64,000 nucleotides of DNA, taken from sequence record SRR31156797_5308. One strand, given 5' to 3'. Made by a program: the position numbers and the translations under genes. Shown in pieces: positions 11,278-22,274 of this stretch (its first letter is position 1; the number at the start of each line of letters is the position of its first letter). A model generated the notes under the pieces. The model saw only the letters and a list, made by a program, of their open reading frames with translations, was not told where the DNA came from and ran no database searches.

Positions 11278-12372
11278 TTAGTTATTTTCGACCAATTTAA
11301 AACTTGACCAAGGTTTCAAAAATTCTAATAAGAATAGTTCCTCATCAGCGATCTTACCAACGACATTGACTCGACCATCATTTTTCATTGCTTTCAAGGC
11401 GATTTGCGTCTCCCCTTTGTATTGTCCATAGCCAGCATTATCGATCAAGACATCCCCTCTTACCATATCACGGGTATCATGAGGTGGAAATTCCTTGTCT
11501 TTATAATAGATCCGCGTCATCGTTGAACGCAAGATGTATTCCGAACGATCTCCTCGATAGCTGTGCAGATTATCGAAGAGACAAATTCGTTCATCTTCAG
11601 TGATTCCGTCAACGACATCGACTCTTAATGTCGGATAATCCGCGTGAAACGCTTCAGCCATTGCTGCCAATTCTGCTTCTGAAGCATAGGCATTTCCAAC
11701 AGAGATATCATCGATCAAACCCGTCAACACTAAATGTTTGACTTGCGTAGCTAGTGGCAGATCACGATGATCTTCCAAAGAGCATAAACCATCTTGTGTT
11801 GGCCATGGACCGAAATCAGCTTCGTGAGAATTCACGAAAGCCATCGTATTTAAATTGTATTTGCGGAATTTTTCCGAACAAAAAACGAAATGGTCGTAGC
11901 CCAACCCTGAATAGCGATGAGGATAGAAGTTATGCGAGCCGAGTAAATTTTCAGTATTAGGTGAATAACTCATGATGTTATCCACGTAGCTCGTACCACT
12001 GCTCATATTGATTTCGATTTTAATCCCGTAAGGATTACGCGTCATTTTGGCTTCTTCTGAACCAGTAAAACCAATATCTAACCGAACACCGTAAGCCCCC
12101 ATCTCATCAAAGAAGGATAAATCATCATAAGAAATACCTAGCTGTTCGAATAAACTAGGATTGATATCTACCATGACTTCCATTCCTAACTGATTGGCAT
12201 AATCCACGACTTGTTTAAAGTCTGCCAAGACTTTTTCTTTGTCATCGTTGATTTGCAGCAAACTGGTAAATACCCGTTTAAAGCCGTATTTGTGTGCCAA
12301 GTCTAAATACGCTTTGTCCTTTTCAAACGTTGAGCGCTCTGGATAAATCGATATCCCTAATTTTCCCATCAA
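11278..12372 (-). CDS. DUF871 / MupG-like TIM-barrel protein
   Basis: LGISIYP, VFTSL, RLDIGF, HNFYPHRYSGL, LEDHR. Confidence 0.88.
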   Translation of the reverse strand: MMGKLGISIYPERSTFEKDKAYLDLAHKYGFKRVFTSLLQINDDKEKVLADFKQVVDYANQLGMEVMVDINPSLFEQLGISYDDLSFFDEMGAYGVRLDIGFTGSEEAKMTRNPYGIKIEINMSSGTSYVDNIMSYSPNTENLLGSHNFYPHRYSGLGYDHFVFCSEKFRKYNLNTMAFVNSHEADFGPWPTQDGLCSLEDHRDLPLATQVKHLVLTGLIDDISVGNAYASEAELAAMAEAFHADYPTLRVDVVDGITEDERICLFDNLHSYRGDRSEYILRSTMTRIYYKDKEFPPHDTRDMVRGDVLIDNAGYGQYKGETQIALKAMKNDGRVNVVGKIADEELFLLEFLKPWSSFKLVENN

Positions 12373-12551
12373 AAAAACCTCCTGTAAATTCTATCCGTTT
12401 ATTATAATGAATCCTCTTTCATTATAACAAACATCTAAAAAGTGGTCTACACCTTTCCGCCTGTTTCTTTCTTATTCCACAAAATCTGCGCTTTCTTCTA
12501 TGTCTCTTTTTTGTTATGATTATCATTAAGAAAACTGGAAGGAATGAAAGA

Positions 12552-13301
12552 ATGAAAAAAATCCTATTCACACTGACAGCAGCTGCTAGCCTTTTATTAT
12601 TAGCTGCTTGTACAGGTTCAAGTACCACCGATCCCTCATCAAGCAATTCGGCAGAAAGCACGTCAACCTCAGAATCCGTTGACTTGAATGCCCTGGAATT
12701 GCCGCAATTATCAACGGATGTGCAAGAGAATGAAGCCTTAGTTGAAATGGTGACGGAAGAAGGCTCGATCAAAATCAAACTTTTCCCAGAGATTGCGCCC
12801 AAAGCAGTCGAAAACTTTTTGACCCATGCCAAAGATGGTTATTATGACGGCTTGACTTTCCATCGTGTCGTAGAAGAGTTTATGATCCAAGGGGGCGACC
12901 CTAATGGTGATGGCACTGGCGGAGAAAGCATATGGGGCGAAGGATTCGGCGAAGAATACTCGAACCAGCTTTATCACTTGCGAGGCGCATTGGCAATGGC
13001 AAAATCAAGTGCGCCAAACAGCCAAGGCAGTCAATTCTACATCGTTCAAAATGATCAAGACGTATCCGACGGTCTAGCGATCCAACACTATCCTGAAAAA
13101 ATCATCGAAGCCTACAAAAATGGTGGAACACCACAATTGGACGGTAGCTATACCGTTTTTGGTCAAGTGATCGAAGGCATGGATGTCGTAGATAAAATTG
13201 CGCAAGCAGAAACCCAAGACTCTGGCAATGGTGAGAATTCTCAACCGGTTGAGCCAGTGAAGATCGAAACGATCAAGGTCTTACAAGAAGCCAAAGAATA
13301 A
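12552..13301 (+). CDS. Cyclophilin-type peptidyl-prolyl isomerase lipoprotein
   Basis: Lipobox LAAC; FHRV, MIQGGDP, GALAMA, SQFYI, YTVFGQV; start MKKILF. Confidence 0.92.
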   Translation: MKKILFTLTAAASLLLLAACTGSSTTDPSSSNSAESTSTSESVDLNALELPQLSTDVQENEALVEMVTEEGSIKIKLFPEIAPKAVENFLTHAKDGYYDGLTFHRVVEEFMIQGGDPNGDGTGGESIWGEGFGEEYSNQLYHLRGALAMAKSSAPNSQGSQFYIVQNDQDVSDGLAIQHYPEKIIEAYKNGGTPQLDGSYTVFGQVIEGMDVVDKIAQAETQDSGNGENSQPVEPVKIETIKVLQEAKE

Positions 13302-13303
13302 AT

Positions 13304-13352
13304 AAAAAAACCGCTGAAGTCTCCGATACTCGGGAATTTCAGCGGTTTTCTT
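13304..13352. terminator. Bidirectional terminator
   Basis: AAAACCGCTGAA...TTCAGCGGTTTT. Confidence 0.75.
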
Positions 13353-13793
13353 TTACTTTTGGTCGCCTACGATAAAGGTAAATTCGCACTCAGCAGCTTT
13401 TTTGCCATCCACTGTCGCTACCGCATCAGCAGTTCCAACGGAGCCTTTGATTTTGGTGATCTCAAAAACAAGTTTCATAGTATCTCCCGGAACAACTTTT
13501 TGACGGAATTTGGCTTTGTTGATGCCGCCGATATACGCCGTTCTACCTTGGAATTCCTCGGATTTCAAGATCAGGATCGATCCTGCTTGTGCCAATGTTT
13601 CTAAAATCAAGGCACCCGGCATTACTGGATTTCCCGGAAAATGACCTTGGAAAAAGTCTTCGTTGATGGTAACATTTTTCGTTGCGATAATCTTTTTGCC
13701 AGACTCGATTTCATCGACATAATCAATATATATAATTGGGTAGCGATTTGGAATCAAATCCATGACTTCTGTTTCAGTCAATAGTTTTTTCAT
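13353..13793 (-). CDS. fabN: 3-hydroxyacyl-ACP dehydratase, probably the FabN (FabZ1) dehydratase/isomerase type
   Basis: IPNRYP, FFQGHFPGNPVMPG; divergent from fabI as in enterococci. Confidence 0.75.
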   Translation of the reverse strand: MKKLLTETEVMDLIPNRYPIIYIDYVDEIESGKKIIATKNVTINEDFFQGHFPGNPVMPGALILETLAQAGSILILKSEEFQGRTAYIGGINKAKFRQKVVPGDTMKLVFEITKIKGSVGTADAVATVDGKKAAECEFTFIVGDQK

Positions 13794-13824
13794 GGTTTCC
13801 CTTCCTTGCTTAAGAATTTATTAT

Positions 13825-13841
13825 AGTTTGATTATCAAAGT
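13825..13841. promoter_or_regulatory. FabT operator
   Basis: AGTTTGATTATCAAAGT palindrome. Confidence 0.75.
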
Positions 13842-13889
13842 ATCATAGTTCAGCGGAATTCGCAACTAAATATTTATTAAGAAAAAAAT

Positions 13890-13906
13890 AGTTTGACAAT
13901 CAAACA
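13890..13906. promoter_or_regulatory. FabT operator overlapping the fabI -35 (TTGACA 13893-13898)
   Basis: AGTTTGACAATCAAACA. Confidence 0.75.
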
Positions 13907-13999
13907 ATTATGCTTAATAATTAGAAATCAAGATAGTTTGATTTACTATTTGTCATTATACGTATTTTATTATTGTTGAATTTATTAAGGAGTGGAATT

Positions 14000-14755
14000 A
14001 TGAGTTTTTTAACCGGTAAAAAAGTTGTCGTCATGGGCGTTGCCAACAAACGCAGTATCGCTTGGGGCTGTGCACAAGCATTAAAAGCACAAGGAGCCGA
14101 AGTGATCTACACGTATCAAAACGACCGCATGAAGAAGCCATTAGAGCGCTTATTGGAATCTGATGAATTTGTAGTGGAATGTGACGTCGCTAATGACGAA
14201 AGCATTGCTGCCGCCTTTGATACAATCAAAGAATATGCTGGAGAGATCCATGGTGTCGTCCATGCCGTCGCTTATGCTAATAAAGAAGATCTCTCTGGCG
14301 ATATTTTGAATATTTCTCGTGACGGTTATGCTTTGGCGCAAGACATCAGCAGTTATTCATTGATTGCCGTCACTAAATATGCCAAACCAATCTTAGCTGA
14401 AAATGCTGGAATCGTTACCCTTTCCTACTTAGGTGCCGAACGGGCAGTACCAAACTACAACATGATGGGTATTGCGAAAGCTGCTTTGGAATCAAGTGTT
14501 CGCTATTTAGCTGCCGAACTTTCACCGCAAAAGATCCGTGTCAATGCGATTTCAGCTGGCGCCATCAAGACGCTGGCAGTAACTGGTGTAAAAGACTATC
14601 AAAAACTGATCCAATTGTCAGAGGATCGAACACCAGATCATATTGGAGTGACGATTGAAGAAGTCGGCAATGCTTGTGCCTTCTTGATCAGTCCTTTATC
14701 AAGCGGGATTATCGGCGAAGTGATTTTTGTTGATAAAGGCGTTCATTTATCTTAA
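14000..14755 (+). CDS. fabI: Enoyl-ACP reductase FabI
   Basis: GVANKRSIAWG, YNMMGIAKAALES, AGAIKTLA; ATG at 14000 after AAGGAG. Confidence 0.95.
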   Translation: MSFLTGKKVVVMGVANKRSIAWGCAQALKAQGAEVIYTYQNDRMKKPLERLLESDEFVVECDVANDESIAAAFDTIKEYAGEIHGVVHAVAYANKEDLSGDILNISRDGYALAQDISSYSLIAVTKYAKPILAENAGIVTLSYLGAERAVPNYNMMGIAKAALESSVRYLAAELSPQKIRVNAISAGAIKTLAVTGVKDYQKLIQLSEDRTPDHIGVTIEEVGNACAFLISPLSSGIIGEVIFVDKGVHLS

Positions 14756-14902
14756 TCAATGATTGTCATAGAAAAGTCTGCTGTTTGCCTACCCGTTGGC
14801 TGAGCAGGCTTTTTCTGAAAAAAACAGGTATTTCAGAAAACCTCCTTTGCATTTCTATTTTATCTTCGTTAAAATAGATGCAGTAAGACTTGGAGGGATT
14901 TT

Positions 14903-15820
14903 ATGAAACAACTGCTACTCGCAGCTAGCACGACCGATTCAAGTGGTTCCAGCATTACCGAACCAGCAGCTGCTCAGCTCAATGCGTTGCAAAAATGGTG
15001 GGCGTCCATCGACTGGGAATCGATCATTGGTCTACTGATTCAAAAAGCATTGATGTTGCTTTTTTTATGTATCCTATTCGGTATTTTATTGAAAATAAGC
15101 AATATGATCATCGATCGGATCTATCGTTCCTATGAAAAAAAAGCCAGTTTCAATGTGAGTCGAATCAACACGATCCATACCCTGATCCGCAATACGGTTC
15201 ATTACACATTAGGCTTCTTTTTTGTCTATGCACTCCTTTCAACCATCGGCGTACCTGTAGGCTCTCTATTAGCAGGTGCTGGAGTCGTCGGTGTCGCACT
15301 TGGTTTAGGCGCCCAAGGTTTTATGAACGACTTGATTACTGGCTTCTTTATTATTACCGAGCAACAAATCAATGTTGGTGATTACGTCCGCTTGACCAAT
15401 CTGACGCTTGAAGGTACGGTGACGGCAGTCGGTATTCGGACTGTTCAATTAAAATCCGTTGATGGAACCGTTCATTATATCCCAAATCGTAACATCACGA
15501 CCATCAGTAATACATCAAGAGCCAATATGCAAGTCGTGGTCGACGTACGTATCTTACCATCTGAAGGCTTAGATGAAATACGTGCCATCATTGAAGAAGT
15601 CAATGAACAGATTGCTCAGCAGCATGAAGAAGAGATTCAAACGGCCCCTACGGTCTTCGGTTTAGTGGATCTGGGGAACAACAACTTTGCAATTCGTACG
15701 ACCATGTATGTGACCAACGGTACGCAATGGAAAATCAAAGAGGAATTTTTGGCCGCATCGATCGATGCTTTAACTGCCAAAGGCTATACGATCCCCAATG
15801 CGCCGATCGTCGGTATTTAA
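14903..15820 (+). CDS. Small-conductance mechanosensitive channel (MscS/YkuT-like)
   Basis: GAGVVGVALGLGAQ..DLITGFF..VGDYV..IPN. Confidence 0.92.
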   Translation: MKQLLLAASTTDSSGSSITEPAAAQLNALQKWWASIDWESIIGLLIQKALMLLFLCILFGILLKISNMIIDRIYRSYEKKASFNVSRINTIHTLIRNTVHYTLGFFFVYALLSTIGVPVGSLLAGAGVVGVALGLGAQGFMNDLITGFFIITEQQINVGDYVRLTNLTLEGTVTAVGIRTVQLKSVDGTVHYIPNRNITTISNTSRANMQVVVDVRILPSEGLDEIRAIIEEVNEQIAQQHEEEIQTAPTVFGLVDLGNNNFAIRTTMYVTNGTQWKIKEEFLAASIDALTAKGYTIPNAPIVGI

Positions 15821-15854
15821 AAAAGGTTATCCCGAAGCTGGGATAACCTTTTTT

Positions 15855-16358
15855 CTATACCACATGCAGTTCATCTGTCATCTTTGGGGCATCCTCTTTC
15901 GAAATCAGCAAATAGCGTCTTTCAATTTCGTGCGCCAAATGATTGACGGATTTTAAAATCTCTTTGCGGGTGATAATCCCAACAAAGACATTGTCATCAT
16001 CAACGATCGGCAAGAATGCTTGATCTACTAACAAATGCAGCATACTTTCCAACTCATCGTTTTCTTTGATGCAATTCACATTGACTTCCATGACATCTGC
16101 CACAGTCAGCCCTTCAATATTTTCCATACTGAAGCCAGTGAGATCCATCATGCGTTCTACGATGTTTGAGAGGCTGATTAAGCCGACTAAATGGTCCTCA
16201 CTATCTAGTACAGGGATCTTTGAATAGCCCACTTTTGATAAAACAAGCAATGCGTGACTCAAAGGGTGGTTATAAAATACCGATGCCACATTTTCTGCCG
16301 GCACCAAGAAATTTTCTTGGTTCTCGAGTAATATTTTTTCTACGGTCTGTCCTATCAA
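15855..16358 (-). CDS. cbpB: Tandem CBS domain protein (YkuL/CbpB c-di-AMP-binding family)
   Basis: HALLVLSKVGYSKIPVLD, FLPIVD, GIITRKEILK; TTG start after GGAGG. Confidence 0.8.
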   Translation of the reverse strand: MIGQTVEKILLENQENFLVPAENVASVFYNHPLSHALLVLSKVGYSKIPVLDSEDHLVGLISLSNIVERMMDLTGFSMENIEGLTVADVMEVNVNCIKENDELESMLHLLVDQAFLPIVDDDNVFVGIITRKEILKSVNHLAHEIERRYLLISKEDAPKMTDELHVV

Positions 16359-16467
16359 TCTAATTGCCTCCATTTCACAGCTACTCTTCTATTTTACTTG
16401 AAAATGAGAATAGAAAGTAGAAACCTGCAGAATTATAATGAAATTTTTACTTTTTGATTCCGCTTAC

Positions 16468-16980
16468 TTAGCGTGTGAAAACAAAAGCTAGCTCAGGGAC
16501 TTTATGAAAGGAACGATCATAGTATTGGATTGCCCATTGTTTTGGCGTACTTTCGATAATCGCAAAGCTTTTGATTTGAATTTGCCCTCGCGGTTGGGAA
16601 ATACTGCCGGGATTCAAGAAAAGTCGATTCCCGACTTTCTCACAAGCAATTTGATGCGTGTGACCAAACAGTGCGACCGAGGCATCGGCTTGTTGCGCTT
16701 GCAGCCCTAATTTCGTTACACCAAAACGGACATCTGCTAAGTGGCCATGAGTCATATAGATGGTGTCCAGCGGCGTTTTGATGATACGCTCATTGGGAAA
16801 ACCACCGCCATAATCGCAATTGCCGCAAACGACTTGAAAAGTATCCCACAAAGGGTCTGTGTCAGGTAGTTCGGAGTCCCCACAGTGCAGGAATAAATCG
16901 ACTTGATTTTCGAATTCATTTTTAAGATCAACAAGAATCTCACGATCTGAATGATTGTCACTGACAACTAAATATTTCAT
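16468..16980 (-). CDS. YsnB-family metallophosphoesterase
   Basis: SDNH, HCGD, GNCD, THGH, GHTH, NPGS. Confidence 0.92.
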   Translation of the reverse strand: MKYLVVSDNHSDREILVDLKNEFENQVDLFLHCGDSELPDTDPLWDTFQVVCGNCDYGGGFPNERIIKTPLDTIYMTHGHLADVRFGVTKLGLQAQQADASVALFGHTHQIACEKVGNRLFLNPGSISQPRGQIQIKSFAIIESTPKQWAIQYYDRSFHKVPELAFVFTR

Positions 16981-18329
16981 ACATTTTCTCCTTCTAACCA
17001 CTCCTGCCACTGTTCCTGCAGCTTTTTGATTGCTAGACCACGGTGGCTCACTCGGTTCTTTTCTTCTTGACTCATTTGGGCTGCGCTTTGCTCTGAACCA
17101 TCAGGAATAAACAATGGATCGTAACCGAACCCATTTTCTCCACGAGGGATACGGCCGATTCTTCCCGGCCATTGAGCTTCAACCACCAAACTATCTTTTC
17201 CTGGCGCTGCGAAAACTAACGTACAGTGAAATTGAGCACTGCGCTTGTCATCTTCGACATCCGTCAATTCGTAAAGTAATTTTGCATTATTGGCAGCGTC
17301 ACTTTTTTGCTCACCAGCAAATCGAGCAGAGTACACCCCTGGTCGACCCCCTAATGCATCGACTTTCAGTCCTGAGTCATCAGCTAACACCGGTCTTCCC
17401 AAAATTCTGGCGATGGTTTCCGCTTTAAGGCGGGCATTTTCTTCAAAGGTGGTGCCGGTTTCTTCAACATCCGGCAAGGAAGGATAGTCTTTTAAGGTGC
17501 GGACATCGTAACCTGCTGCGCCAAATACGGCTTTAAACTCCTTGGCTTTTCCTGGATTGCCTGTAGCAATGACAATCGTTTTTTCGGGAATCTCATAAGG
17601 GGGTTCATCTGGTAAAAACAGTGCCTCTTTTTGATAGGCAATCAATTCTTCGATAGCTGTTTTTCCGTAGATCAGCATCTCATTCAACTGCTGGCCATCA
17701 AAGGTTGCTTCTTCCCCAGTTCCTTGCAATTCGACAAATCGACCAGATTCCGTCATCACCAAATTCATGTCAACAGCAGCTGAAGAATCTTCTTGATAAT
17801 CGAGATCAGTCACACAGGTACTATCTGGTAAGATCCCGACACTAATTGCTGCCAAATGCTCCTTGATTGGATCTTCCGTCAATGCTTTGTCACGCAACAA
17901 GGTATCGATAGCTAAACGCAACGCGACAAAAGCGCCGGTAATACTGGCTGTTCTGGTACCGCCATCCGCTTGGACGACATCACAATCGACGACGATACTA
18001 CGTTCCCCTAATTTTTCTAAATCGACTACGGCTCGTAAGGAACGAGCGATCAGCCGTTGGATCTCCATCGTACGACCAGAAAGCTTGCCTTTGGCACTTT
18101 CTCGACGATTCCGAGTGTTGGTCGCTCGTGGGAGCATACTGTATTCGGCTGTGACCCAGCCTTTTCCCGTATCTCGTAAAAACGGAGGGACCCGATCTTC
18201 AATCGTTGCCGAACAAATCACGGTTGTGTCACCAAAAGAGATCACAACCGATCCTTCGGGGTGTTTGTAGACGTTGGTTTGAATGTTGACTGGTCTTAAC
18301 ATTGTTTCTTTTCTGCCATCATGTCGCAT
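16977..18329 (-). CDS. rph: RNase PH fused to Ham1/RdgB non-canonical NTP pyrophosphatase
   Basis: N-half: [17 protein letters not shown]-half: ATGNPGK, DDSGL, SARFAG, FGYDP, SHRG. Confidence 0.95.
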   Translation of the reverse strand: MRHDGRKETMLRPVNIQTNVYKHPEGSVVISFGDTTVICSATIEDRVPPFLRDTGKGWVTAEYSMLPRATNTRNRRESAKGKLSGRTMEIQRLIARSLRAVVDLEKLGERSIVVDCDVVQADGGTRTASITGAFVALRLAIDTLLRDKALTEDPIKEHLAAISVGILPDSTCVTDLDYQEDSSAAVDMNLVMTESGRFVELQGTGEEATFDGQQLNEMLIYGKTAIEELIAYQKEALFLPDEPPYEIPEKTIVIATGNPGKAKEFKAVFGAAGYDVRTLKDYPSLPDVEETGTTFEENARLKAETIARILGRPVLADDSGLKVDALGGRPGVYSARFAGEQKSDAANNAKLLYELTDVEDDKRSAQFHCTLVFAAPGKDSLVVEAQWPGRIGRIPRGENGFGYDPLFIPDGSEQSAAQMSQEEKNRVSHRGLAIKKLQEQWQEWLEGENV

Positions 18330-19154
18330 TTAAAAGCCTCCTAAATCAGTGTGAATCGATGAGATCGTATCTAAATCAAGCCAATCATTGGCGATCTCAT
18401 CAAATATTTTCGGTGAACCAGTAGTAAAGAATGCATGTTGCGGATGCGGATCGTCCTGACTCGTTGCTGCAATGGAAAAATAGTCCAACAAGGTACTGAC
18501 TTCCCCCACCGTTTCTGCCCCTGAATCAATCAGCTGGATATGGGCGCCTAATTCATTTTGGATCAAAGGGCGCAATAAAGGATAATGAGTACAGCCCAGA
18601 ATCACTGTATCTAACCGCTTGTTTTTCAATGGACGCAACGTTTCTGCCACGATTTTCTTGGCGACCGAGCTATGGTATTGTTTGCTTTCTACGATCGGCA
18701 CAAACTTTGGGCAAGCCAAACTGACGACGGACGCATGGGGCGCTTTGCCATGAAGCGCGCGCTTGTAAGAGTCGCTTTTAATCGTTCCGTTTGTCCCGAT
18801 GACACCGATTCGTTGGTTTTTGCTTGCTTTGACTGCTGCTCGACTGCCGGGCAGGATCACGCCGATCACTGGAATATCTAGTTGTTCTTTGATTTCTTCA
18901 AGGGCGACCGCTGTTGCTGTGTTACAGGCGATCACCAACATTTTAATGTTTTTTTCTAATAAAAAACGGGTCATTTGCCACGTATACTCGATGACTTGCT
19001 CAGCAGGTCTTGGACCATACGGGCATCTGGCTGTATCTCCCAGATAAAGAATCGATTCGTTGGGTAATTGCTTGATTGCTTCTTTGACGACCGTCAACCC
19101 ACCAACACCAGAATCGATAAAACCAATTGGTCTGTTGTTTGTCATAGTTTCCAT
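18330..19154 (-). CDS. murI: Glutamate racemase
   Basis: [21 protein letters not shown] (start may be 19145). Confidence 0.97.
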   Translation of the reverse strand: METMTNNRPIGFIDSGVGGLTVVKEAIKQLPNESILYLGDTARCPYGPRPAEQVIEYTWQMTRFLLEKNIKMLVIACNTATAVALEEIKEQLDIPVIGVILPGSRAAVKASKNQRIGVIGTNGTIKSDSYKRALHGKAPHASVVSLACPKFVPIVESKQYHSSVAKKIVAETLRPLKNKRLDTVILGCTHYPLLRPLIQNELGAHIQLIDSGAETVGEVSTLLDYFSIAATSQDDPHPQHAFFTTGSPKIFDEIANDWLDLDTISSIHTDLGGF

Positions 19155-19375
19155 CCTTTACATGAAAGAAAGAGTTTGGTGCGTTTTTCTCTCTTATTCA
19201 TTTTGGACTTTTTTTGACTATTTTTCAAGTATTCCTTTCGTTTGCTAAAAAAGCTTTCCCAAAAACCACGAAACGGTCAAAAAGAAAAAAGCCCCAACGA
19301 TTGGCTTACACCCCACAAGTTGCACTTGCATGGGTGAAAGACCGATCGTGGGGATGTTTTTGTCGATTATTCTTT

Positions 19376-20032
19376 TTAGTAATCGTACTGACGTTTTTCC
19401 AAAAAGCCAGAAAGCAATGACAAGGCATAACAAACCAAAAAGTATAAAACAGTCATTGCTAAAAACATAGGTAAAACATAGTTTGTATTTTGCCCATAAA
19501 TGATTCGAGCATGATGGGTCAGCTCTGGTAAAGAAATAATCACGGCTAATGACGTATCTTTGATCAAAGAGATCAACTGACTGACGATCGCTGGCAACAT
19601 CGCTTTAAATGCCTGCGGCACGACGATGCTCCGCAGTACTTCGACATAGCTTAGCCCTGTAGACAAACCAGCTTCCATCTGCCCTTTTGGCACAGCATTC
19701 AAACCAGCACGAAAGATTTCAGAAAGCATCGCTGATTCAAAAATCGTCAACGCCACAACCGCTGACCAAAAAATATTAAAGCGGATACCGATCTGCGGCA
19801 ATGCAAAGTAAGTGAAAAAGATGATCAAGAGCAAAGGCAAGTTACGAATAACATCGATCACGACACCTAATACTTTAGAAAAGACTGGGATCGAGCTGAA
19901 GCGCAAAATGCCGGCGATCCCTCCGATAATAAAGCTAAATAAAATCGATAGGATCGACACTTCAACTGTTACCCGCAAGCCATCGATCAAGAAGCGAATG
20001 TTAATCGCTGAAAAAGCTTCAAAAAAGTCCAT
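19376..20032 (-). CDS. Polar amino acid ABC permease (GlnP-like)
   Basis: RNLPLL, EAA loop, IKDTSL. Confidence 0.9.
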   Translation of the reverse strand: MDFFEAFSAINIRFLIDGLRVTVEVSILSILFSFIIGGIAGILRFSSIPVFSKVLGVVIDVIRNLPLLLIIFFTYFALPQIGIRFNIFWSAVVALTIFESAMLSEIFRAGLNAVPKGQMEAGLSTGLSYVEVLRSIVVPQAFKAMLPAIVSQLISLIKDTSLAVIISLPELTHHARIIYGQNTNYVLPMFLAMTVLYFLVCYALSLLSGFLEKRQYDY

Positions 20033-20049
20033 AGTTCGTTAGCTCCTTT

Positions 20050-20697
20050 CTATGAGCGGACAGCCCAACGCCGTTCCAAGTAAACCATCAAATAAGACAA
20101 TGGTAGGGTAATGATCAAATAGAAAAGACCAACAATGATATACGTATCAAATGTATTGAAGGTCTCACTTGCGATCAAATCCCCTTGATACATAATATCT
20201 AAGCCTGCGACCATCGCCAAAATTGATGAATTTTTGACAAGATTGATAAATTGATTGCCTAACGGCGGTACGACGATCTTAAATGCTTGAGGCAAAATAA
20301 TGTAGCGCATCGCTTGGCTGTAAGTAAAACCAGAAGACAAGGAAGCTTCCATCTGGCCTTTAGGGACCGTTTGAATCCCTGAACGGATCGTCTCAGCGAT
20401 AAATGCCGATGTATAGATCGTTAAGCCGATCGTTCCAGCTTGAAAGCCGTCAAAAGAAACCCAATACATTGGCACAACGACATAAAAGAACATCACGATG
20501 ATCAATAAGGGAATATTTCTAAAAAACTCAACATACGCTTTGGCAATCCCTTTGATGAGGCGATTGTCTGACAACTGAAAAATTGCCATTAAGGTTCCGA
20601 TCAAAAGACTAAAAAACAGTGCGATCAAACTCGCCATGACTGTGTATTTAAAGCCTTCAATAAACTGACCGGTATACGTTTGAAATAATTCAACCAT
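20050..20697 (-). CDS. Polar amino acid ABC permease (GlnM-like)
   Basis: FRNIPLL, GQMEAS, VKNSS. Confidence 0.9.
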   Translation of the reverse strand: MVELFQTYTGQFIEGFKYTVMASLIALFFSLLIGTLMAIFQLSDNRLIKGIAKAYVEFFRNIPLLIIVMFFYVVVPMYWVSFDGFQAGTIGLTIYTSAFIAETIRSGIQTVPKGQMEASLSSGFTYSQAMRYIILPQAFKIVVPPLGNQFINLVKNSSILAMVAGLDIMYQGDLIASETFNTFDTYIIVGLFYLIITLPLSYLMVYLERRWAVRS

Positions 20698-20708
20698 TCA
20701 GTTTCCTC

Positions 20709-21518
20709 CTACTCTACTTTTCCTGATTCGTCTTCAGGGAACCACTTGTTGTAAATCTCATCATAGGTTCCATCTTCACGCATTTCCCGCAAGGCTTGAT
20801 TCACTGCATCAAGAAACGGCTTTTGTCCTTTATTGATGGCAATCCCATAAGGTTCTTCTGTAAAAGTTTCGCCAACTAAATGGTAATTGGGATTTTCACT
20901 CGCCATCCCTAATAAGATCGCATTATCCGTGGTCATAGCATCCCCTTGACCAGATTGTAAAGCAGTAAAGGCTTCCGCATAATTCTCAAGTTCTAAAATT
21001 TGCGCTTCTGGTGCTGCTTCACGGATGTTCACAGCTGAGGTAGAGCCTTTAACGACCAATACAGTGGTGTCTGCGGTCAAATCTTCGATCCCTTGAATAG
21101 GACTGTCTTTGGCAACTAATAAAGATTGACCTGCATCAAAGTAGACATCGGAAAAATCGACCTGTTTTTTACGTTCTTCTGTGATAGTCATCGTGGCGAT
21201 GATTGCATCGATGTTGCCGTTTTTCAAAAGAGGAATCCGGGTTTTTGAGGTAACTTCAACAAAGATGGCATTGCCATCACGACCTAAAATTTTCTCAGTG
21301 ATTGCACGAGCGATATCAATATCGAATCCCCGTACTTCTCTAGTCGCGATATCCATCAATCCAAAAAGACGGGTATCGTTTTTTACGCCCCAAACGATCT
21401 GATTCGTCTCTTTGCTGTTTTCTAAAATATCGATATCTGCGGCACTTTGTCCTTTACAACCTGAGAAAGTCACAAGGGCAAAGGCTAAGACTAGAAAGGA
21501 AAATATTTTCTTTCTCAT
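20709..21518 (-). CDS. glnH: Glutamine/glutamate ABC substrate-binding lipoprotein (GlnH-like)
   Basis: Lipobox FSGC; GFDIDIA, TMTITEERKKQVDFS. Confidence 0.85.
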   Translation of the reverse strand: MRKKIFSFLVLAFALVTFSGCKGQSAADIDILENSKETNQIVWGVKNDTRLFGLMDIATREVRGFDIDIARAITEKILGRDGNAIFVEVTSKTRIPLLKNGNIDAIIATMTITEERKKQVDFSDVYFDAGQSLLVAKDSPIQGIEDLTADTTVLVVKGSTSAVNIREAAPEAQILELENYAEAFTALQSGQGDAMTTDNAILLGMASENPNYHLVGETFTEEPYGIAINKGQKPFLDAVNQALREMREDGTYDEIYNKWFPEDESGKVE

Positions 21519-21536
21519 AAGGGTTCCTCCTATTGC

Positions 21537-22274
21537 TTAATGATTTGTGACTTTACTCAAGAATTGTTTTGCACGTTCGTCTCTTGGTGCATCAAAGAAT
21601 CCATCGACATCGCGCCGGTCTTCTAAGACTTGTCCTTCCGCCATAAAGACGATTCGATCTGCTACTTCACGGGCAAAGCTCATTTCATGGGTAACAACGA
21701 TCATGGACATACCTTCACTGGCAATTTTTTTCATGACATCCAATACATCACCAATCATTTCTGGATCCAATGCTGACGTTGGCTCATCAAAAAGCAGCAT
21801 CTCTGGTTTCATCGCAAGCCCTCTGGCAATTGCGACCCGCTGCTGTTGTCCGCCGGATAACATGGAAGGATAGGAATCTTTTTTATCTAACATCCCTACC
21901 CGATCAAGAAGTTTTTCCGCCAAATTGATGGCTTCTTGCTCATTTTGTTTTAATACTTTAATCGGTGCCAACGTAATATTTTCTAACACGGTTTTATTTG
22001 GATACAAGTTGAAATGTTGAAACACCATGCCGATGTTTTTTCTAATTTCTGTCATTTTGACATCTTTGTCAAACAAGTTCTTACCATTGACCAATAATTG
22101 ACCACCTGAAATGGTTTCTAGACCATTAATCGTACGGAGCATTGTACTTTTACCAGATCCTGAAGGCCCGATAACAACAACGACCTCACCTTTTTCAAAT
22201 TCAAGGTTGATGTTTTTTAATGCATGGAACTTTCCGTAATATTTCTCTACGTTCTTAAATTCGATCATTGCCAT
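21537..22274 (-). CDS. glnQ: Amino acid ABC ATP-binding protein
   Basis: GPSGSGKST, LSGGQQQR, DEPTSALD. Confidence 0.92.
   Translation of the reverse strand: MAMIEFKNVEKYYGKFHALKNINLEFEKGEVVVVIGPSGSGKSTMLRTINGLETISGGQLLVNGKNLFDKDVKMTEIRKNIGMVFQHFNLYPNKTVLENITLAPIKVLKQNEQEAINLAEKLLDRVGMLDKKDSYPSMLSGGQQQRVAIARGLAMKPEMLLFDEPTSALDPEMIGDVLDVMKKIASEGMSMIVVTHEMSFAREVADRIVFMAEGQVLEDRRDVDGFFDAPRDERAKQFLSKVTNH

Noticed and set aside
19285-19360. Long hairpin between the ABC permease and murI, and small ORFs 19214-19420 / 19245-19433
   Set aside because: Best explained as the gln operon terminator; the ORFs have no RBS or recognisable features
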